Assembly (NCBI GenBank): GCA_044432805.1
Contig: JAWXUI010000003.1
Location: 40,013 to 104,012 of the forward strand
Direction: 5' to 3'
Source of the DNA: Mycoplasmatota bacterium
GTDB taxonomy: Bacteria; Bacillota_I; Bacilli_A; RF39; UBA660
Length of the DNA: 64,000 nt
Positions 1-9,741 of this stretch are shown in pieces. The notes under the pieces were generated by a model that did not search any database, had not been told where the DNA came from, and saw only the letters and a list, made by a program, of their open reading frames with translations. Within the stretch, counting starts at the first letter, position 1; each line of letters begins with the position of its first letter. Both the position numbers and the translations under genes were made by a program.

Positions 1-825
1 ATCTCCATGTGTAATACTTTCACCTTTTATTAATCTTCTCAATATAGCACATCCCGTGTCAAAGAAAGGAATCGCTAATATTAAAAGAGGAACAATTAAA
101 GAAGATAATGTAACATTTTTAAATCCCAATAATGCTATTATAGAAATTATAAAACCCATAAACATTGAACCTGTATCTCCTGCAAATATACTAGCTGGAT
201 AAAAATTATAAACTAAAAATCCAAGTGTTGAACCAAGCATTACAAAAGTCAAAACAAAGTCTAATCCTAATTTATTTTGTAAAACCGCTATTATTCCAAT
301 AGTTAAAAAATAAATTGAACTTATTCCACCAGATAGTCCATCCATTCCATCAATTAAATTAATGCTATTTACACAAGCTAGAATAAATATTATGGTGATT
401 GGATAAGCTAATATTCCAAAGTCTATGTATATTCCAAAGGCACTTACATCACTTAATAATATTTGTCCATAAAATACAATTACAAATGCTGCTAGTAACT
501 GACCTATTATTTTTGATATAGCTCCTAATTCCACTATATCATCTATTATACCTGTTAATACTATTGAAAAACTACCAATTAATATAGCATTCATAATTGG
601 ACTCGGTTCTCCAAAAATCATATAGCCTATTAAAAAACCAATAAAAATCGCTAAACCTCCCAATTTAGGCATTTCTTTATTATGTATATGTCTATTTCTC
701 GGTTTATCTGTCGCGCCTATTTTAAAAGCTAATTTTTTCATAATCGGAATTATAGCCACCACAGATAAAAAAGGAATAAATACCATTAAAAATATTTTTA
801 TTATTAATTCATCACTCATCGATAT
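1..825 (-). CDS. tagO: Partial UDP-GlcNAc:undecaprenyl-phosphate GlcNAc-1-phosphate transferase (TagO/WecA, MraY-like GT4). The N-terminus is in the window and the C-terminus lies beyond position 1.
   Basis: The reverse-strand translation starts at ATG 823-825, preceded by a GAGGTG RBS. It reads MSDELIIKIFLMVFIPFLSVVAIIPIMKKLAFKIGATDKPRNRHIHNKEMPKLGGLAIFIGF...NSINLIDGMDGL...FAGDTGS. These motifs and its overall similarity to B. subtilis TagO match the MraY/WecA/TagO family. It was not in the ORF track because there is no in-window stop. Confidence 0.7.
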   Translation of the reverse strand, partial: MSMSDELIIKIFLMVFIPFLSVVAIIPIMKKLAFKIGATDKPRNRHIHNKEMPKLGGLAIFIGFLIGYMIFGEPSPIMNAILIGSFSIVLTGIIDDIVELGAISKIIGQLLAAFVIVFYGQILLSDVSAFGIYIDFGILAYPITIIFILACVNSINLIDGMDGLSGGISSIYFLTIGIIAVLQNKLGLDFVLTFVMLGSTLGFLVYNFYPASIFAGDTGSMFMGFIISIIALLGFKNVTLSSLIVPLLILAIPFFDTGCAILRRLIKGESITHGD

Positions 826-909
826 CACCTCTTATATTCTACCATTTTTTTACATAAATTAAAACATTTAAAAACTATTGAATAAATCAATAGTTTATTA
901 ATTAATTTT

Positions 910-2070
910 TTATTCACCAAATCCGGTATAAGATAATGACAATCCTCCTACCGTATTTGCACTGTGCTCGTTATGTCCATATTCACCAAAGGTAAATACC
1001 ATCAAAAATTCTTTATCGCCTGTTGCTTTTTTAACTTCCGGATAAATTTTTTTTTCTAACTCATTTAACGATAATCCTAGTCTACGACCGCCACAATGTA
1101 CTAAAAAATATGACGTTGGAATTAGTTGCTCATTTAGTTTATTAACAGTCGTTGAATTTGCTTTTAAAATACCTTTTGGTGTATTTGAAAGTAATATAAC
1201 TGCAGTATTTTCAACTAAATTAGCGCCTACATTAATCGATAAATCATCGTTTGCAAACATAGGATGTCTTACAGCTGTAATGTTACCAATAGGATCTTTC
1301 ACACCTAATGGCGAACAAATTGATTCAACTAAAATATTTCCTTCTTTTAATTCTTCTAAAGATTTATCCGTCCATTTAGAATACACTTCAGTCGCCGGCT
1401 TATTATCAATCTCTACTAATGTTCTTTCGTTTCTTACTTTTGTAATTACTCCTACTTTACTAGTTTCGTTATATGCTCCTGTATAAATATTTTTCATAAT
1501 ACTATCTGTATAAAATACAGCTACGGCACAACCTTGATTATAAGTTTTTCCATTACATATTATACTCCAGTTTCCTTCTACCGTATTATCAGCAGCCGAG
1601 CCACCAAATACAGGAACTTTTCCTATAACATCTTGAATACCTTTCATATATTCTTCTTCGCTTCCAGGATCGGCAGTCATAAAGAAATAATCAGGTTCTA
1701 TATCATCACCTTTTATTTGTGATATTGCTTCTTGTGCAATTCTTCTTCCAATTTCTCTTGGTGTTTCTTTTGTTTTTTTACTTCCAGATACTCCAACTTC
1801 AACATTTTTTCCAAACGTCATCATTCCAGCATATCCAGTTTCATTATTTAAATAACCATCTTGCGTACAAATTGCGGCAGATGATGTGCATCCAATATAT
1901 TTAGAATTTGGACAAACACTTTCTATTCCACTAATTACATCTTTTTGATTATATACACAAGAGGTAAAAATCAATCCTACTTCTTGTTTATTTAACAATG
2001 CTTTTAAAGCTGTTTCTCTACCTGCTTCAAAGGCGTTTATATTATTACTATAACCTACTTTTGTTTTCAT
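910..2070 (-). CDS. FIST-domain protein (putative ligand-sensing domain protein), co-oriented with and directly downstream of an Fe-ADH gene.
   Basis: 386 aa. The N-terminus, MKTKVGYS...AFEAGRETALKAL, and the C-terminal segment, LVHCGGRRLGL...FLMVFTFGEYG...HSANTVGGLSLSY, resemble the FIST_N and FIST_C profiles. There is a 9-nt gap to the upstream ADH stop. Confidence 0.5.
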   Translation of the reverse strand: MKTKVGYSNNINAFEAGRETALKALLNKQEVGLIFTSCVYNQKDVISGIESVCPNSKYIGCTSSAAICTQDGYLNNETGYAGMMTFGKNVEVGVSGSKKTKETPREIGRRIAQEAISQIKGDDIEPDYFFMTADPGSEEEYMKGIQDVIGKVPVFGGSAADNTVEGNWSIICNGKTYNQGCAVAVFYTDSIMKNIYTGAYNETSKVGVITKVRNERTLVEIDNKPATEVYSKWTDKSLEELKEGNILVESICSPLGVKDPIGNITAVRHPMFANDDLSINVGANLVENTAVILLSNTPKGILKANSTTVNKLNEQLIPTSYFLVHCGGRRLGLSLNELEKKIYPEVKKATGDKEFLMVFTFGEYGHNEHSANTVGGLSLSYTGFGE

Positions 2071-2078
2071 TAGTCCTC

Positions 2079-3218
2079 CTAATAAGCTCTTTTAAATAAC
2101 TCTTTTATCTCATTTAATGTTACATCAATAGGATTTCCTGGCGTACATGGATCTACTAAAGCTTTTTGTGATAACATTTCAATATCTGATTCTAACACAT
2201 TAATTTCTCTTAATGTTTGCGGAATATTTAATTTTATTGATAATTCTTTAATTGCATCAACAACTGTTTTTACAACTAAATCATCTTCTATATCCATATT
2301 AAGATTAAACGCTAATCCCATTTTTTTAAATTTTTCTATTTGATTTTTTCCGTTAAATTCCATAATAGTTGGCAATAACATTGCATTGGCTACTCCATGA
2401 GGTGTGTTATATACTGCACCTAATTGATGGGCCATTGAATGAACTATACCAAGTCCTACATTACTAAATCCCATACCAGCTATATATTGTGCTGTTCCCA
2501 TTTTTTCCATTGCTTCAACATTACCATTAACCGCTTCGAATAGATTTTCATATATTAATTTCATTGATTCTAAGGCAAACATATCTGACATAATATTTGC
2601 GCCTTTTGTAATATATCCTTCCATTGCATGTGTTAACGCATCAAGACCTGTTGCTGCTGCTACACTTTTTGGCATTTTCAATAAAAATTCAGTGTCGACA
2701 ATTGAAACGATTGGTAAGTCATTTGGGTCTACACACACCATTTTTACTTGTCTTTCTTTATCAGTTATTACATAATTTATTGTTACTTCTGCTGCAGTAC
2801 CTGCTGTTGTGGGTAAAGCTATTAAAGGCATATTTCTGTTTTTTGTATTTACTGCACCTTCAAGACTAACAACATCATAATGTTCCTCATTAGTCATTAT
2901 AATAGAAATACATTTTGAACAGTCAATTACACTTCCTCCACCGACAGCTATAATGTAATCTGCATTACTTTTTTTACAAACTTCTAATCCATTATGAACG
3001 TTTTCGATAGTTGGATTTGGCATTACATCACAAAATGTTTCATAATCAAATCCCCATGTATCTAGTAACGATGTCACCATTTTAGTAACACCAGCTTGTT
3101 CTAAGGTTCTATCACTTACAACTAAAGCTTTTTTAAAATGTCTTTTTTCTATTTCAGGTTTTAAATTTTCTCTTGCATTAACTCCAAAATATGAAGTTTC
3201 ATTTAATATAAATCTCAT
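2079..3218 (-). CDS. Iron-containing (group III) alcohol dehydrogenase, of the lactaldehyde reductase / 1,3-propanediol dehydrogenase type.
   Basis: 379 aa with the GGGSVIDCSKCISII motif (GGGSxxD) and conserved His residues (HSMAHQLG). Confidence 0.85.
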   Translation of the reverse strand: MRFILNETSYFGVNARENLKPEIEKRHFKKALVVSDRTLEQAGVTKMVTSLLDTWGFDYETFCDVMPNPTIENVHNGLEVCKKSNADYIIAVGGGSVIDCSKCISIIMTNEEHYDVVSLEGAVNTKNRNMPLIALPTTAGTAAEVTINYVITDKERQVKMVCVDPNDLPIVSIVDTEFLLKMPKSVAAATGLDALTHAMEGYITKGANIMSDMFALESMKLIYENLFEAVNGNVEAMEKMGTAQYIAGMGFSNVGLGIVHSMAHQLGAVYNTPHGVANAMLLPTIMEFNGKNQIEKFKKMGLAFNLNMDIEDDLVVKTVVDAIKELSIKLNIPQTLREINVLESDIEMLSQKALVDPCTPGNPIDVTLNEIKELFKRAY

Positions 3219-3313
3219 ATATCTTACCTCCTACTATAAGTATAATTTTTATTCTGTTATCAGTCAATGTTTATTTATTGAATATGTAAATAAATAAGTA
3301 AAGAAAAAACACC

Positions 3314-5287
3314 TTAATCTTGGTGTTCTTCTATATTTTTCAATAATTCTTCTTTATTCATTTTTGTATAACCTTTGATATTTTTTTCTTTAGCTAAATT
3401 TTTTAACTCTTCTAAAGTTAAATCATCTGTACTAGATTTTTCTTTTTCTTCTTTAGGCATACAACCATGTTTTTCTAAATAATCTATTTCTTCTTTTGTA
3501 ATAGTCTCATGCTCTAATAAAGTATTGGCAATAAGATCTAATAAATCTTTATTTTCTTTCATTATTTTTTCTGTTTTTTTATAGCATTCATCTATTATCT
3601 TTCTTTGTTCTTGGTCTATTTCAAATGCAACTTGTGAAGAAAAGTTTCTTGTTTTATTATAATCTCTTCCTAAGAAAACACTTGATTCTTGGTGTTCAAA
3701 TTGAACTGGTCCAAGTGAACTCATTCCGTATTCTGTTATCATTGATCTTGCAATTTTAGTGGCTTTTTCAAAGTCATTATGCGCTCCTGTTGTAACTTCA
3801 TTGAATACTAATTCTTCTGCTACTCTTCCTCCTAATAAACCACTTATATTATCTAATAATTGTTTTTTAGTTTGTAAGAAAGTTTCTTCTTTTGGCAACA
3901 TTAAATTATATCCACCAGCCATACCTCTTGGTACGATTGTTATTTTTTGTACATCATTAGCACCATCTAAACGTAATCCTATAACTGCGTGTCCTGCTTC
4001 GTGATAAGCAACAACTTTTTTCTCTTTTTCGTTATATTTGTGACTTTTTTTAGCAGGTCCCATCAATACTCTGTCATGAGCTTCATCAAGTTCTGACATT
4101 GTAATTGCTTTTTTCTTTCTTCTAACAGTTAGCAGCGCTGCTTCATTTAATAAATTTTCTAAATCAGCTCCAGAAAAACCAACTGTTCTTCGTGCAATAT
4201 TAGCTAATGCTACATTTTTATCAAATGTTTTTCCTTTTGCATGAACTTCTAAAATTTCTTCACGACCTTTAATATCTGGTAAATTTACTGTTACTTGTCT
4301 ATCGAATCTACCTGGTCTTAATAACGCTGGGTCTAATACATCAGGTCTATTTGTAGCAGCTATTACAATAATTCCTTCATTTGTACCAAAACCATCCATT
4401 TCGGTAAGAAGTTGGTTTAATGTTTGTTCTCTTTCATCGTGTCCTCCACCAACACCTGTTCCTCTTTGTCTACCTACTGCATCTATTTCATCAATAAATA
4501 TTAAACAAGGCGCTGATTGTTTTGCTTGTTTGAACATATCTCTTACACGACTTGCTCCAACACCTACAAATAATTCAACAAAATCTGAACCACTTATAAA
4601 ATAAAATGGAACTTTTGCTTCTCCAGCTACTGATCTAGCTAACAATGTTTTACCTGTACCAGGTGACCCTGCTAATAAAACACCTTTTGGAATTCTTGCA
4701 CCCATTTCTTTAAATTTCTTAGGCATTTTTAAGAAGTCAATTATTTCTGCTAATTCTTCTTTCTCTTCATCTAATCCAGCAACATCTTTAAATGTTACAT
4801 TTGTTCCGCCAACATTTAATTTGGCGCGGCTTTTCCCAAAGTCTAAAGATTTATTTGCTCCACCCATTTGTTTTGTAATAAAATAAAATGCAACTCCTAA
4901 TAATAATAATAGTGGTAATACTTCAACTAAAAATATCAATAAGAAACTTGAACCAGGATCTTTTATGGTATCAATTTCAAATCCATATTCTGTTGATGTT
5001 GATAATAATGAAGCCATTACTTCATCACTTATTGGAGTTTGAAAGAAAAATGTTTCATTTTCTCCGTAACTCATTAGTGTTCCTGTTACCTCATATACCC
5101 CCGAAGTAGCTCTTGGAGTAATATTTATTTCAACTATTTCTTTGTTTTCTGCATAATTTAAATATTGATCATATGTTATATAATTTACTTTTTGATTTAA
5201 AATATTAAACAAATAAAATACTCCAATCAAAATAAAAAACAAAATAAAATATGATGTAAAACTTTTTTTCATTGTCTTTTTTGTCAT
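3314..5287 (-). CDS. ftsH: ATP-dependent zinc metalloprotease FtsH.
   Basis: 657 aa with an N-terminal TM helix, a Walker A box (GSPGTGKT), an AAA second region of homology, and the HEAGHA zinc motif. Confidence 0.95.
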   Translation of the reverse strand: MTKKTMKKSFTSYFILFFILIGVFYLFNILNQKVNYITYDQYLNYAENKEIVEINITPRATSGVYEVTGTLMSYGENETFFFQTPISDEVMASLLSTSTEYGFEIDTIKDPGSSFLLIFLVEVLPLLLLLGVAFYFITKQMGGANKSLDFGKSRAKLNVGGTNVTFKDVAGLDEEKEELAEIIDFLKMPKKFKEMGARIPKGVLLAGSPGTGKTLLARSVAGEAKVPFYFISGSDFVELFVGVGASRVRDMFKQAKQSAPCLIFIDEIDAVGRQRGTGVGGGHDEREQTLNQLLTEMDGFGTNEGIIVIAATNRPDVLDPALLRPGRFDRQVTVNLPDIKGREEILEVHAKGKTFDKNVALANIARRTVGFSGADLENLLNEAALLTVRRKKKAITMSELDEAHDRVLMGPAKKSHKYNEKEKKVVAYHEAGHAVIGLRLDGANDVQKITIVPRGMAGGYNLMLPKEETFLQTKKQLLDNISGLLGGRVAEELVFNEVTTGAHNDFEKATKIARSMITEYGMSSLGPVQFEHQESSVFLGRDYNKTRNFSSQVAFEIDQEQRKIIDECYKKTEKIMKENKDLLDLIANTLLEHETITKEEIDYLEKHGCMPKEEKEKSSTDDLTLEELKNLAKEKNIKGYTKMNKEELLKNIEEHQD

Positions 5288-5299
5288 TGTTTCCTCCTT

Positions 5300-6610
5300 T
5301 TAATAGTACCTAATTATTATATCATACTTTTCATTCATTGATTTACATAAATTTGATTTTTTTAATCCTGGAATCCATATAACTTCTTCATTGCTATCTA
5401 CTAATATTGGGTATGATTTTCTATCGTCTATACTGATTTTACTATCTATAAATATATCTTTTACTTTTTTTGTTCCATTTAAACCTTTTACTTTTATTTT
5501 ATCTTTAATTTGCTTTGTTCTAATATAAAGTGGTAACTTTATATCTTCATAGTTTATCCTGCAAATAAAATTTGAATCTGAATCACTTTCTTTTATTACT
5601 TCTATAATTCTATCGTTTATTAGTACCATCTTTTCTTCTAATTCAAGATGGTATCCTTGTTCTTTTACTTGTTTTTTAAAATAAACTTTATCATATGTTT
5701 TTACAGCTTTTATATTATTAGGTAAATCAATCTCTTTATTAGAGTCTTTTGTATTGATTAATTGATTAATAAGCAATACATGTATATTATTTATTAAGTG
5801 TAATTGTTCTTTGTATTCTTCTTCTAATATTTTTAAAATTACTTTTTTACCAATAAAATTATCAATTTCAACATACTTATTTATATCTAAATATTCATTA
5901 TAAATATTTTTATATTCTTTTGAAACTATTTTATCTAAATAATTGTTTGTTTCTTTTAAATTTATGCTGAATTCATGAAATTTTTCATGAACATTTGGAT
6001 TTTCACTTTTTAAAAAAGGTAAAATGTTATTTCGATATCTATTTCGAGTATATTTGTTACTTGCATTTGAATCATCTATTCTAAAAGGAATTATATTACT
6101 TTCTAGATAATCCAATATTTCTTTTTTATTTACATCAATTAAAGGTCTAAAAATGGTATAATCTTCTTCTGTTTTTGTTTCATCAAAGCCTGCATATCCC
6201 TTTAATGTAGAACCTCTTACTAATCTCATTAAAATAGATTCAATCAAATCATCCCCGTGATGGGCAGTTATTAAATATGAAGCTTTGTATTTTTTTATTA
6301 AACTTTCAAAAAATTCATATCTTATTTTGTGTGCTTGTGAATGGAAATTATCTTTTGTATATTCTTCGATTATTTTTATTTCCAATGTTAAACTATTTTT
6401 TTTACAGAAATCCACTACAAATTCTTGATCTTTTATTTGTCCTTCTCTTCCACTATTATGATTTACGTGAGCGCATATTATTTTTATTTTTTTGTTTGTT
6501 TTTAATAACAAATCCAATATACACATGGAATCCGGTCCACCCGAAAGCGCTAAAACAACTGTGTCTCCGTTTTTTAATTTATTATTTAATTTTTCTTGGA
6601 TTTCTTTCAT
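5300..6610 (-). CDS. tilS: tRNA(Ile)-lysidine synthetase.
   Basis: It carries the SGGPDSM PP-loop motif. The likely start is MKEIQEK at 6608-6610, with a GGAG RBS 9 nt upstream. The ORF-track start at 6628 would overlap ung. The tilS-ftsH synteny matches Bacillus. Confidence 0.85.
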   Translation of the reverse strand: MKEIQEKLNNKLKNGDTVVLALSGGPDSMCILDLLLKTNKKIKIICAHVNHNSGREGQIKDQEFVVDFCKKNSLTLEIKIIEEYTKDNFHSQAHKIRYEFFESLIKKYKASYLITAHHGDDLIESILMRLVRGSTLKGYAGFDETKTEEDYTIFRPLIDVNKKEILDYLESNIIPFRIDDSNASNKYTRNRYRNNILPFLKSENPNVHEKFHEFSINLKETNNYLDKIVSKEYKNIYNEYLDINKYVEIDNFIGKKVILKILEEEYKEQLHLINNIHVLLINQLINTKDSNKEIDLPNNIKAVKTYDKVYFKKQVKEQGYHLELEEKMVLINDRIIEVIKESDSDSNFICRINYEDIKLPLYIRTKQIKDKIKVKGLNGTKKVKDIFIDSKISIDDRKSYPILVDSNEEVIWIPGLKKSNLCKSMNEKYDIIIRYY

Positions 6611-6611
6611 A

Positions 6612-7250
6612 TTAATCACTCCAATCAATCTTTTTTTCTAAATTTTCATTAATTTTACTAAATGGTTTGCTACCTAAAAATCCCCTTGATGCTGATAATG
6701 GTGAAGGATGTGCACTTGTTATTATTACATGTCTTTTATCAATTAATTTAACTTTTTCTTTTGCACTATTTCCCCATAAAATAAAAATAACTTTTTCTTT
6801 TTCACTTAATTTTTCTATAATTTTATCAGTAAATATTTCCCATCCTTTTTTTCTATGACTAAAAGCTTTATCCTTTTCTACAGTTAAGACAGTATTTAGT
6901 AATAAAACTCCTTGTTGTTCCCATTTATTTAAATTTGTATTCTTTTTTTCTATATTTAAATCGCTTTTTAATTCTTTAAATATATTTCTAAGTGAAGGTG
7001 GCATTTTGCTATTTTCTAATACTGAAAAAGCAAGTCCATGTGCTTCATTTTCTCCGTGATATGGGTCTTGTCCTAAAATAACAACTTTTACATCTTTGTA
7101 TGATAATAAGTTTAATGAATTAAAAATCTCATCATATTTGGGATATATAATTTTATTTTTATATTCATCATTTATAAAATTCATTAATTCAAGAAAATAA
7201 TCTTTATTCATTTCATCTTTTAATATTTCATTCCAGTCGTTATATAACAT
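6612..7250 (-). CDS. ung: Uracil-DNA glycosylase (family 1).
   Basis: It carries GQDPYHGENEAHGLAFSV and the C-terminal HPSPLSA motif. Confidence 0.9.
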   Translation of the reverse strand: MLYNDWNEILKDEMNKDYFLELMNFINDEYKNKIIYPKYDEIFNSLNLLSYKDVKVVILGQDPYHGENEAHGLAFSVLENSKMPPSLRNIFKELKSDLNIEKKNTNLNKWEQQGVLLLNTVLTVEKDKAFSHRKKGWEIFTDKIIEKLSEKEKVIFILWGNSAKEKVKLIDKRHVIITSAHPSPLSASRGFLGSKPFSKINENLEKKIDWSD

Positions 7251-7283
7251 AAAATCACCGTAATTATTATATCACAAACTATT

Positions 7284-8477
7284 TTAAATATCATTTTTTA
7301 GTTTTATTAACGAATATAAATTTATAATTACTAATGCTACAACAAAAAAATCAATCATTTTCCATATAATGTTTGCATTTAGCATTGAACTTATAAATAT
7401 AGTTATTAATGTTATAATTTTTAATTTTGTTTTATGATTTAGTGTAATAAACTCTAAACTTTTTTCGCTATAGAAATATCCAGTTATTATAGTTGAAAAA
7501 GAGAAAAGTAATATACATATTATTAAAAAGTAGTTTCCAAAATAATTTAAGTGAAAAGTAAATGCTTGCATCACTAAATCAAGGCCGCTTTTTATATTAA
7601 AGTTTTGATAATCACTCGTTATTATTACAAAAGCTGTCAACGTGCAAATTAAAAAAGTCGTTATATATATACCTAATGTTTGAATATAAGGTTCATCTTT
7701 ATTTTTAGAATTAGACGATGCTATTACGGAAGTTCCCAGCCCTGCCTCATTTGCAAAAATACCTCGTTGTATTCCTATTATCAAACACGGAAAAAACCCG
7801 GATATGGATTTAATATTTAACCCATCTTGAAAAATAGAGCATATAATTTTAGGAATGTTTTCAAAATTAGAAAAAACTATTCCAAAACATATCGTACAAT
7901 AAAAAACAAGCATAAAAGGAACAAGTTTATTTGATAATTTTTCAATATTTTTAATTCCGCTAAAGATTATTATCGTACAAATTATCGTTAATATAATTGC
8001 AATTACATTTATATTTGTATCAAATAAAAATAAAATAGACGAAGTAATTGTGTTTGCTTGTATTGCTATAAAACCAAAGATAAAAGTAATTATTATTAAA
8101 ATAGAATAAATATATGCTAGAAAACTATTTTTTAATCCATTTTTTATATAGTAACTTGGCCCGCCTGTAACATCATTACTATATTTAATTCCCATCTTAG
8201 TTTCAAGAAAACAAATTGGTGCACATATCAATGCAGAAATCCATATATATAGAATTGATCCTATACCTCCATAATATATACTAAGCGCGACTCCGACGAT
8301 ACTACCAACACCTATTCGTCCTCCTAATACAAGCATTAACGATGAAGAGTTTTTAATTTGTCTTATCATTTTTATCAAGTTAAATTGTTCATACTTTATT
8401 TTTTTGCTAAATATTATACTAGAGTAAACAATCAACAATAAAGCTATACCCCATAATAATTTAATAACCATGTCCAT
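7284..8477 (-). CDS. Polytopic membrane protein, probably an alanine/glycine:cation symporter (AGCS family).
   Basis: 397 aa with many predicted TM helices. The segments GGRIGVGSIVGVALSIYYGGIGSILYIWISAL and FANEAGLGTS resemble AGCS signature regions. It is shorter than typical AGCS proteins. Confidence 0.45.
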   Translation of the reverse strand: MDMVIKLLWGIALLLIVYSSIIFSKKIKYEQFNLIKMIRQIKNSSSLMLVLGGRIGVGSIVGVALSIYYGGIGSILYIWISALICAPICFLETKMGIKYSNDVTGGPSYYIKNGLKNSFLAYIYSILIIITFIFGFIAIQANTITSSILFLFDTNINVIAIILTIICTIIIFSGIKNIEKLSNKLVPFMLVFYCTICFGIVFSNFENIPKIICSIFQDGLNIKSISGFFPCLIIGIQRGIFANEAGLGTSVIASSNSKNKDEPYIQTLGIYITTFLICTLTAFVIITSDYQNFNIKSGLDLVMQAFTFHLNYFGNYFLIICILLFSFSTIITGYFYSEKSLEFITLNHKTKLKIITLITIFISSMLNANIIWKMIDFFVVALVIINLYSLIKLKNDI

Positions 8478-8535
8478 TTTATCACCTAGTAAAATATATT
8501 TATAAAAAAAAAGTTAATTACTAAGTATTAACTTT

Positions 8536-9645
8536 TTACACATTAAATCTAAAAGTACATATATCTCCGTCTTGCATTATATATTCTTTACCTTCTAAAC
8601 GCATTCTTCCTGCTTCTTTTACTTTTAATTCTGTTCCATGTTTTAATAAATCATCATAACTCATCGTCTCTGCTTTAATAAAACCTCTTTCAAAGTCTGT
8701 ATGAATAATTCCTGCACATTGTGGAGCTTTCATTCCCTTTTTAAAGGTCCATGCGCGGCATTCTTGAACACCAGCTGTAAAGTAAGTTGATAACCCTAAC
8801 AAATCATATGTTGCATATATTAATTTATCTAATCCACTATTATTTATGCCTAAATCTTTTAAAAATTCAATTTTATCATCGTCATTTAATTCACTTAATT
8901 CAGATTCGATTTTAGCACATACCGTTATAACTGATGAATTTTCTGATGATGCATATTTTCTTACTAAATCAACGTATTCATTTCCATCAACAATTAAATC
9001 TTCTTCACTTATATTAGCCATATATATTATAGGTTTATTAGTTAAAAAATGAAATGCGCTTATTATCTTTTGATCTTCTTCATCTAAATTTAATTTTCTA
9101 ATTGGTTCATTTTTTTCTAAACATTCTTTTATTTTAGTTAATAATTCAACTTCTTTTAAAGAGTCTTTATCCTTTGATTGAGCAGCTTTTTTACCAATAC
9201 GGCCAAGCCTATTTTCAGCTATTTCTAAATCTGCTAACATAAGTTCTACATTTATAATTTCTATATCTCTTATTGGGTCAACGTTGTTTTCTACATGTAT
9301 TATATTTTTATCTTCGAAACATCTTACAACTTCTACAATTGCATCTACTTCTCTAATATGTGATAAAAATTTATTACCTAGTCCTTCACCAGATGCAGCA
9401 CCTTTAACTAATCCTGCTATATCTGTAAATTCGTAAGTTGTTGGTACAACACTTTCTGTTTGATATAAATTTTGTAAAAATTCTAATCTTTTATCTGGAA
9501 CTGTCACTACTCCAACATTTGGATCTATTGTTGCAAATGGATAATTTGCTGCTAAAATATTTTTTTTAGTAATTGCATTAAACAAAGTTGATTTACCAAC
9601 ATTTGGTAAACCTACTATTCCTGCTGTTAAACTCATTTTTTTCAC
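8536..9645 (-). CDS. ychF: Ribosome-binding ATPase YchF (Obg-family GTPase).
   Basis: It has a GLPNVGKST P-loop, a C-terminal TGS domain, and is 369 aa long. Confidence 0.95.
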   Translation of the reverse strand: MKKMSLTAGIVGLPNVGKSTLFNAITKKNILAANYPFATIDPNVGVVTVPDKRLEFLQNLYQTESVVPTTYEFTDIAGLVKGAASGEGLGNKFLSHIREVDAIVEVVRCFEDKNIIHVENNVDPIRDIEIINVELMLADLEIAENRLGRIGKKAAQSKDKDSLKEVELLTKIKECLEKNEPIRKLNLDEEDQKIISAFHFLTNKPIIYMANISEEDLIVDGNEYVDLVRKYASSENSSVITVCAKIESELSELNDDDKIEFLKDLGINNSGLDKLIYATYDLLGLSTYFTAGVQECRAWTFKKGMKAPQCAGIIHTDFERGFIKAETMSYDDLLKHGTELKVKEAGRMRLEGKEYIMQDGDICTFRFNV

Positions 9646-9741
9646 TCCTTTTATTATTCAAAAAGAAAACTAATATAAATTAGTTTTTTTATAAATAAAT
9701 TTCTTTTCTATTATTACATAAATTTTATAATAAGTAAAATA

